From assembly GCF_006345805.1 (NCBI RefSeq), contig NW_021832466.1, positions 1-30,793 on the forward strand: a stretch of 30,793 nt of DNA. Direction: 5' to 3'. Positions 23,027 through 30,793 of this stretch are shown piece after piece (within the stretch, counting starts at the first letter, position 1; each line of letters begins with the position of its first letter). This DNA is from Octopus sinensis (lineage: Eukaryota). Under the pieces are notes generated by a model. The model was not told where the DNA came from, made no database searches, and was given only the letters and a program-made list of their open reading frames with translations. Position numbers and translations under genes: made by a program.

Positions 23027-23027
<1 letters not shown>
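22068..23027 (+). mobile_element. Young 5'-truncated L1/Tx1-clade LINE; uninterrupted 173-codon ORF2 C-terminus (22092-22613) with zf-RVT-like CPRC..H..C motif
   Basis: WQCYREALPVRDKLYRHG...CPRCGQSDETVLHALVQCP...RWVNVARM with no stop or frameshift. Pyrimidine-rich 3' UTR ending AATAAAGAAACA then (TCTA)n. Confidence 0.9.
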
Positions 23028-23064
<37 letters not shown>

Positions 23065-23098
23065 CCTACCTACCTATCGATCTATCTATCTATCTATC

Positions 23099-23149
<51 letters not shown>

Positions 23150-23152
23150 ATG

Positions 23153-23197
<45 letters not shown>

Positions 23198-23372
23198 TAT
23201 CTATCTATCTACCTATCTGTCTGTCTATCTGTCTATCTGTCTGTCTGTCTATCTATCTGTCTGTCTGTGCGTCTATCTATCTTTTTTTTTCTCTCTCTCT
23301 CTGTCTGTCTTTCTTTCTCTCTCTCTCTATATATATACTATATATTATAATATGTATATATATATTATACAA

Positions 23373-23416
<44 letters not shown>

Positions 23417-23430
23417 ACACACACACACAT
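23028..23430. repeat. (TCTA)n, (TCTG)n, (CT)n and (CA)n microsatellites
   Basis: Direct reading. Confidence 0.92.
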
Positions 23431-23659
23431 ACATAAAGTTTGTTTTTGTTTTTACTGAACTACTACTTACTCTTTTCATCTTGGATCAAAGGGATTATAA
23501 ACAACAACAATCCCCATCACCACAACAAAAAACATACACAAGAAGATATCAAAGAATTCATTCATATACAGCAATGATGGTTAGTAGAGAAGTGCCAGAT
23601 GTGCATTTAGAACCTCCTGGTAGCATTATATGCATTTCTCATTCCTTGCCTCACATGAT

Positions 23660-23934
23660 CCCATTAATTCTTTCCTTCCATCCTTCCTTTCTCTTCTTCA
23701 ATCTTTCCTTACTTTCATTCATTCATTCATTCATTCATTCTTCCGTTATTTCTTCGCTTCTTTCTTTCACTTTCTTTCACTTTCTTTCACTTTCTTTCTT
23801 CAATCGTTTCTCTCTATCGATAATTCTTTGCTTTTCTGCTTTTCCTTTCATTATACTCATTTATCTTCTTCTTCTTCTTCTTCTTCTTCTTCTTCTTCTT
23901 CTTCTTCTTTCTTCTTCTCCTCCTCCTTCTTCTT

Positions 23935-23965
<31 letters not shown>

Positions 23966-24090
23966 TTCTTCTTCTTCTTCATTTTCTGCGCCTTTTGGTG
24001 CTGCTGACGAAGGTAACAAGAGGAGGAGAAAGAGGAAGAAGAAGAAGAACAACAACAACAACAACAGCAATAGCAACAACAACTGATGAA
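23660..24090. repeat. Polypyrimidine/(CTT)n tract followed by (GAA)n and (CAA)n
   Basis: Direct reading. Confidence 0.9.
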
Positions 24091-24599
24091 CTGGAATTGC
24101 ATCTGTTCTTTGTCGTTGTCACGACCGACGTCAAAGCACACCTTGACAATGATGAATATAAAGATGAAGACGGCGATGATGATGATCTAGATATACTACA
24201 ACAACAACGCTAACAATCATCATCATCACCATCACCATCAACGGCATCAGCAGCAGCTGCAGCAGCAGCAGCAGCGGAGGCGTCATCATCATTAAATCTA
24301 CCTGCATCTACAATTCTATTTTATTAATCACTATTTCTTCATATTTCTCTCCATCCACCCAGTCTTTTACCATTTTCCCCGTCACCCTTCCCCATCATTT
24401 GTTTTTTTTTTTTTTTGTCAGCGTCTTCTTTGTTTCTTTCTCGATATCATTTCCTGATTCATTGCAATTCCCACCCCCTGCTGCGATTCACTCACCCACC
24501 CTCAATTCGACCCGTATCGCAACCGCAACTGGCACCATAGTTGCTCCCCGTTTTCATCGTCCGCTTTTTATTCTCTTTCCGCCTCGTACACATTCATAA

Positions 24600-24767
24600 T
24601 TACCACTACAACAACAACAACAGCAGTCACATCATAGAATAAGCACCACAACCACCACAACTGCCGTAACTTCCGACTCCACTATCATCATCGACGTCGT
24701 CGTCGTCATCCTCATCATCATCATCATCATCGTCATCATCATTATCGTCATCATCATCATCGTCATC

Positions 24768-24799
<32 letters not shown>

Positions 24800-24800
24800 C

Positions 24801-24857
<57 letters not shown>

Positions 24858-24861
24858 CCAC

Positions 24862-24896
<35 letters not shown>

Positions 24897-24903
24897 TCAC
24901 CAC

Positions 24904-24935
<32 letters not shown>

Positions 24936-24956
24936 CCACCACCATCATTATCGTCG

Positions 24957-25025
<69 letters not shown>

Positions 25026-25026
25026 C

Positions 25027-25061
<35 letters not shown>

Positions 25062-25430
25062 CCACCATCATTATCATCATCATCATCATCATCATTAACA
25101 CTTGTCAACATCATCACTATCGTCACTACCATCACTTTCATTGTCACCGTCATTATTGTCATTATCGTCATCATCATCATCGTATTCATCATTGTCATCA
25201 ACAGCGTTCACGTGTTCGTCGCCATCATCATCAGCGGCAATTCATTATATGCAACATTATTACCAACACAGTCACCATTATTGCAACCAATATTACCAAA
25301 GAGAGCAGCAGCAGCAGCTGCAGCACCATCATCACAATCATCAACGTCACCCCTACAACCACCACCACCACCACTACCACCACCATGATGGTAGTAAGCG
25401 TTGACAACAACAACAACAACAATGACAAAC
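24600..25430. repeat. Long (CAT)n/(CAC)n/(CAG)n microsatellite region
   Basis: Direct reading. Confidence 0.93.
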
Positions 25431-25589
25431 TTCAGTCGTTTCCTCATTTAGCGTAAACCTGTCCTTTAGTGTCTCTGAGGTTCCAGTGACAGGAGGCGAT
25501 GGCAGATACCACCATTCCACAGAGTTTATTCCAGCAGGAATAGCGGACCGTTCTAACCCGCAATTACACTAATGAGAGTCTACAGCATA

Positions 25590-26375
25590 TGCACAAATAC
25601 GTATGCATGTGTGTACGTATGTATGTATGTATGTATGTATGCATGCATCCATGTATGTATGTATGCATGAATATATGTATGTATGTATTAAGTATGTATG
25701 TATGTATGTATGTATTAAGTATGTATGCATGTATGTATGTATGTATGTATGTATGTATATGTATGTATGTATGTATGTATGTATATATGTATGTATGTAT
25801 GTATTCATGCATGCATGCATGTATGTATGTATGTATGTATGTATGCATGCATGTATGCATGTATGTATGTATGTATGTATGCATGCACGTATGTATGTAT
25901 GTATGTATGCATGCATGTATGCATGTATGTATGTATAAATGTATGTATATTGCTATGTATATATGTATTTATGTCTGTATGCATGTACGTATGTATATAT
26001 GTATGTATGTATGTAGGTATGCATGTATGTGTGTATGCATGCTTGCATGTATATATGTATGTATGTATTTATATATGCATGCATCTGTGTATATATGTAT
26101 GTATGGATGGATGTGTTGATCGATGTATGTATACATGTTGGTATGTATGCATGTATATATATATTTATATGCATATATGTTTGTATGTATGTATGCATGT
26201 ATGTATGCATGTGCGTATGTATGTGTGTATGCATGTATGCATTGATGGATGTTAGTATGTCTGTATGGATGAACGGATGCAAGGATGGATGGGTGGATGT
26301 ATGCATGTATAGATGGACGTACATTTGGATGGGTGAATGAAACGATAGATTGTATGAGGGATGTATGTTAGCATG
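25590..26375. repeat. (TATG)n/(TGCA)n degenerate microsatellite
   Basis: Direct reading. Confidence 0.92.
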
Positions 26376-26377
26376 TA

Positions 26378-27240
26378 TTGGGTTAGCAACTAAGTTCCCG
26401 CCGTTTTCTTAAATTTAAATTTTTTTAAAGGTTTAATAAAAAATAACAACAAATTAATCAATAATGTATTAACCCTTTTTTGTTTATAACTTCTTCCTAA
26501 CGTTCAACAAGATTTTCAATACCTCGTTGGTAGAAATCACCCGATTTCGACTCGAAGAATTGATCCAACCAAGCTCACAATTCTGCATCACTATTGAACG
26601 AAACTCCGCACATAGCATTTGAAAGAGATGGAAAGCCATTGGTGCCAAATCAGGAGAGTACGGCGGGTATGGCAGCACTTCACAGTCATGTGTTTGAATA
26701 TTGGCGATATGAGGGCGAGCGTTGTCGTGCAGCAGAAGAACTCCATGCTGCCGATTGGGTCTTTTCTCTTTAATAGCCACGATGAATTATTCCATCTGTT
26801 GAACATAGAGTTCCGTGTTGACCGTTTGGTTCCGTTCAAGCAATTCGTGATGGATAATCCCTTCCCAATCCCACCATATGCACAACATCATTTTACGCGG
26901 ATGAAGATCATGTTTCATGCACTGTGTCGCTTGTTTACCGGGGCTAAGCCATTCCTTACGCTGCTTCATATTGATGTACAGGCGCCATTTTCTGTCGCCA
27001 GTAACGATTCGGTAAAGAAATCGTTGCTTGTGTCCATGAGTTGAGTGGTGATGAGCAAGTAAACCAACGGAGATTGTGTCTCGCTGATTTTTGTTGTTGT
27101 CAGTTTAGGCACGCGGAACCCATGCTCCCTACTTCTGAACCTTTCCCATCGAGTGAAAATGCTTCTCTATAGCAGCGTGGGAGCATTCCATTTTTTCTGC
27201 CAGTTCCTTTGTCGTTTGACGAAAATTATTCAACCCAAGA
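26378..27240 (-). mobile_element. Tc1/mariner (DD34D mariner) transposon relic; one TIR, transposase pseudogene lacking its N-terminus
   Basis: TA (26376-26377) then TTGGGTTAGCAACTAAGTTCCCGCCGTTTT. Motifs GAWVP, RIVTGDRKW, KMMLCIWWD, LLLHDNARPH and PYSPDLAPMAFHLF; the third catalytic Asp is lost. Stops and frameshifts present. Confidence 0.92.
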
Positions 27241-27249
27241 ATAACAATC

Positions 27250-28460
27250 GGGAAGTGCGTACTTTAAACTTGTAACACAAAAAGTACGAAAAACTACACG
27301 TGCAAAACAATGTGACAACAGAAATGAACGGACCGGTATCCTACGAAAATGACGACCGTCAAAATAAAGGGTCGGACGTTGTTCTTCATGTCCCGCAAAT
27401 ATAACCAAACAGGCATAAATGGACACGTGAGGAATATATTTCAATCTTACACGCTTACTCTACAGCAGTGCTCTACCCAAAGAACGTAAACACAACAACA
27501 TATACGTATAAAACAGGGAAGAAAAATAACCTAAATAAAAACTTGGATACAGCAATGAACCCTAATAAACTAGCTAACATGCGAAGATGTATTCTCAACG
27601 CAAAAAAAATATCAAAAATAGAAATAGAACATTTAAAAGAAAAAATACATCAGGAAAATATAGATAGAAGCCACACAACAATGCCAAATAATATAAAAAC
27701 TGAAATAGTAAAACACGAAGACAAACGAAACATTTCCAACAAAAACGAAGTAAACAAAAAACAACGAACCCAGACCGTATAGCGATGCAAAATAATGTAC
27801 AAAACACCACAGACAAACATACGAATGAGAAAGAAAACGAAAACAATCTAAAACCTGCAAACAACGAAGGGGAACCTAATGATAATGATACTATAAAAAC
27901 TCGAATAATCAAAGAACTGAAAACCACAGATCTCATAACGGACCACCGACCATACCTCCCAAAAATCAAAATAGACAACAAAACAACATCCATAATAAAT
28001 AGCATAAATCTGGTCGTCACGGAACAAACAGCCACAGAAACAAATAGCAATATCACTGAGCTAAATGACATAATATATGCAGCAGCCACTGCCGCCACAA
28101 AAGAAGCTAGATACTCCCTGAAACTCATCCAAACAGGAGTACTACTACCCAAACAAACCCTGTAGATAAATAATATCCCCACCCCAAAAAATACAAAAAA
28201 CTTAGAAGAGATCTGCCGATTCTTCACGAAATTAGTCGACAATCAACGCTACTATGCAACAAAAAGAAAACAAAAATACCGTACAAATACAACATCCCAG
28301 AAAAAGATTTACCTGAGATAAAAGAAAAGCTAAAGCAAGATATCCTTGCCAAAGCACAAAGGATCCGCCAACGTTTCTTTGACCAAAACAAACAGTTCAA
28401 CTCCAAAAGTTCTTCCAAGAACTTGGCAAAAATAAAATAGACATCACTGCAGCACCAACG
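27250..28460 (+). mobile_element. R4/Dong LINE 5' portion only (N-terminal region, no RT), degenerate
   Basis: RHKWTREEY (27411-27437), NKLANMRRCIL, RPYLPKI, ITELNDIIYAAA, KLRRDL and EKLKQDILAKAQRIR resemble R4/Dong N-terminal motifs. Ends abruptly at (TAA)n. The 5' boundary is approximate. Confidence 0.75.
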
Positions 28461-28462
28461 GC

Positions 28463-28485
28463 ATAATAATAATAATAATAATAAC

Positions 28486-28562
<77 letters not shown>

Positions 28563-28660
28563 TTATAATAATGATAATAATAATGATTATAATGATAATA
28601 ATAATAACAATAACAACAGCAACAACAACAGCAATAACAACAACAATAACAACAACAACA
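28463..28660. repeat. (TAA)n then (CAA)n microsatellite
   Basis: Direct reading. Confidence 0.95.
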
Positions 28661-28707
28661 TCCAAAAATACCTTAGGAATGAGGACCCAGGTTCGAAATT
28701 TCTCCAA

Positions 28708-28753
28708 GACACCTGATGAAAGCTGGAGGACATATCAGCCGAAACGTTGTGTT
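28708..28753 (+). ncRNA. Minimal type-I hammerhead ribozyme motif within a short repeat (about 28660-28935)
   Basis: GACAC-CTGATGA-A-AGCTG(gaggacatat)CAGCC-GAA-ACGT-T-GTGTT. Helix I GACAC/GTGTT, core CUGAUGA and GAAA, helix II GCTG/CAGC, helix III reduced to the palindrome ACGT. Confidence 0.7.
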
Positions 28754-29027
28754 ATCAACTAACAAGTTGAAGATAAATATCCGTCATTTGTAAATAATGA
28801 AAATAGCATACATAATTCCTCATCTCTTAAATATAGAGATAGATAAGTAAACAGACAGGCAGTCAGACATAGAGACAGACAGAAAAAAAAAACAAGATGA
28901 GGACAAATATCCTTCAATTGTAAATAATGTAAAGAATGTATCTATCTATCTGTCTGTCTGTCTATCTATCTATTTATATCTATTTATATATCAATCTGTG
29001 TGCGTGTCTGTCGGTTTACCTATTACC

Positions 29028-29244
29028 CTTCTCTTTTTACTCATTTACTTGTTTCAGTCGACTGTGGCCATGCTGGAGCACCGCCTTTAGTCGAACGAAT
29101 CGACCCCAGGACTTCTATGTAATCATAGTACTAGTTTCTTTTGCCGAACCGCTAAGTTACGGGGGACGTAAACACACCAACATCGGTTGTTAAGCGATGT
29201 TGGGGGAACAAACACAGATACACAGCCATACACACACACACACA

Positions 29245-29287
<43 letters not shown>

Positions 29288-29451
29288 CGACGGGCTTCTT
29301 TCAGTTTCCATCTACCAAATTCACTCACAAAGCTTTGGTCGACCCGAGGCTATAGCAGAACACACTTGCCCAAGGTGCCACGCAGTGGTACTGAACCCAG
29401 AACCATGTGGTTCGTAAGCAAGCTACTTACCACACAGCCACTCCTACGCCT
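29028..29451 (-). mobile_element. SINE B, full length
   Basis: Reverse complement is colinear with 7981-8395, including the internal (CA)n(TA)n. Confidence 0.9.
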
Positions 29452-29489
29452 ATATATATATTTAAGAGATGGATCGTCTCCTTCACTTG

Positions 29490-29660
29490 AAAACCGGTGT
29501 TGATTTGTTTGCGTCTCCGTAACCCGGTGGTTCCGCTAAACTAACCGATAGAATAAGCTCCAGAGGTGATAATAAGTTTAGGGATCGATGCGTTCAACTT
29601 TCGAGGCGGAACCCTAGCATGACAGCAGCCAATTGGATGAAACGCATGAAAGGTAAAAAT
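29490..29660 (+). mobile_element. Degenerate 3' half of SINE B
   Basis: CCGATAGAATAAG...GGGATCGATGCGTTCAAC...GGCGGAACCCTAGCATGACAGCAG resembles the SINE B 3' half. Confidence 0.55.
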
Positions 29661-30149
29661 GCATTAAACCAAGGCTACTTAATTCCGAACGTATCTAACA
29701 GAAGAGTTAACACTAGAAACAAACCACGAGAAAAACGAAGAAAATTCTAAATATAACAACAGATGAAGTCTTATGAAAAACGCATCATCAGTTATTGATT
29801 TTCAACAGATGCAGTTAAATAGTGTCAGTGATAATCATATGTTATATTGCACTTTTGAGAAATAAATGAGAAAAGAAGTCACAACTGGTTTGTGCGTTCT
29901 CAAATGAATACCATGACACATAATAAAAACGTTTCCGTTGTATGATACAGCATCAGAACAGCGACGTTTCAAAGGAAGACATACTGCAAGCGACGATGTT
30001 ATTTGCAGTGAATAGTTATCGTTCTTTTAAGTTTCATCGTTTTGGACGTTTAATCACACTTCCGTTGATACTTTTTTTTTTTCAACGAGCATTTTCGCCA
30101 AATCTGTTTTATATAATTGAATAATTCTTATTATATTCCCATTCATTTA

Positions 30150-30330
30150 CATATAAGAAAATTATACGTATATACATACAAACATACATACATATATACA
30201 TACATACATGCATACATACATACACATACAAGCATACACACACATACATATATATATATACAACATACATATACATATATACACATATATATATACATAC
30301 ATATATATATATATATATATGTATATGTAT

Positions 30331-30399
<69 letters not shown>

Positions 30400-30793
30400 C
30401 ATACATAATAGACATATATACATATACTATATTGTGTTGTGAATATATATATATATACATATATATCCTTACGTGGACTATCTAACGTATAAATCCTTGT
30501 AATCCCCATTAGCGAATGAAATACATTAATGCAGAAGAAATAATACCAAATATTTCTATTTTTGTGTTTTATGTCTGTGTATTCGTGTGTGTATGCGTGT
30601 ATGTGTATGCATGTATATATGTATGTATGTGTGTATGTGTGTGTGTGTATGCGTGTATGTGTATGCATGTATATATGTATGTATCTATGTATGTATGTAT
30701 GTATGTATGTATGTATGTATGTATGTATGTATTTATGTATGTATGTATGAATGTATGTATGTATGTATTTATGTAAGTATGTATGTATGTATG
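30150..30793. repeat. (CATA)n/(TA)n/(TATG)n microsatellites
   Basis: Direct reading. Confidence 0.92.

Noticed and set aside
26378-27240. Active or domesticated mariner
   Set aside because: In-frame stops, frameshifts, third catalytic Asp lost, N-terminus and second TIR missing.
26619-28242. Minus-strand 141-aa ORF (26619-27044) and 215-aa ORF (27595-28242)
   Set aside because: The 141-aa frame is an alternative frame within the mariner relic; the 215-aa frame is antisense to the A-rich Dong fragment.

Overview
This is a repeat-saturated, AT-rich eukaryotic intergenic or intronic window with no recognisable host gene. An octopus-type cephalopod genome is my inference from the SINE, microsatellite and LINE content; the sequence does not prove it. 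It is a nested transposon graveyard. Autonomous-type relics: a Penelope-like GIY-YIG fragment, three L1/Tx1-clade ORF2 fragments, four R4/Dong fragments, an RTE fragment, a CR1/L2-like relic and a dead mariner. Non-autonomous elements: many copies of two tRNA-derived SINE families and two related TIR MITEs with 8-bp TSDs. Long simple repeats fill much of the rest. Standout observations: (i) a complete 2,048-bp retroelement bounded by a perfect 15-bp TSD that encodes only a gag/ORF1-like zinc-knuckle protein (HAL1-like); (ii) a minimal hammerhead ribozyme motif in a short repeat; (iii) a TIR element carrying TTAGGG repeats, plus a relative apparently rebuilt from two right ends; (iv) a SINE whose 3' tail matches the 3' end of the Tx1-like LINE in the same window; (v) signs that this LINE targets (TCTA)n. 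All alignments and translations were done by eye, so family assignments need database confirmation.
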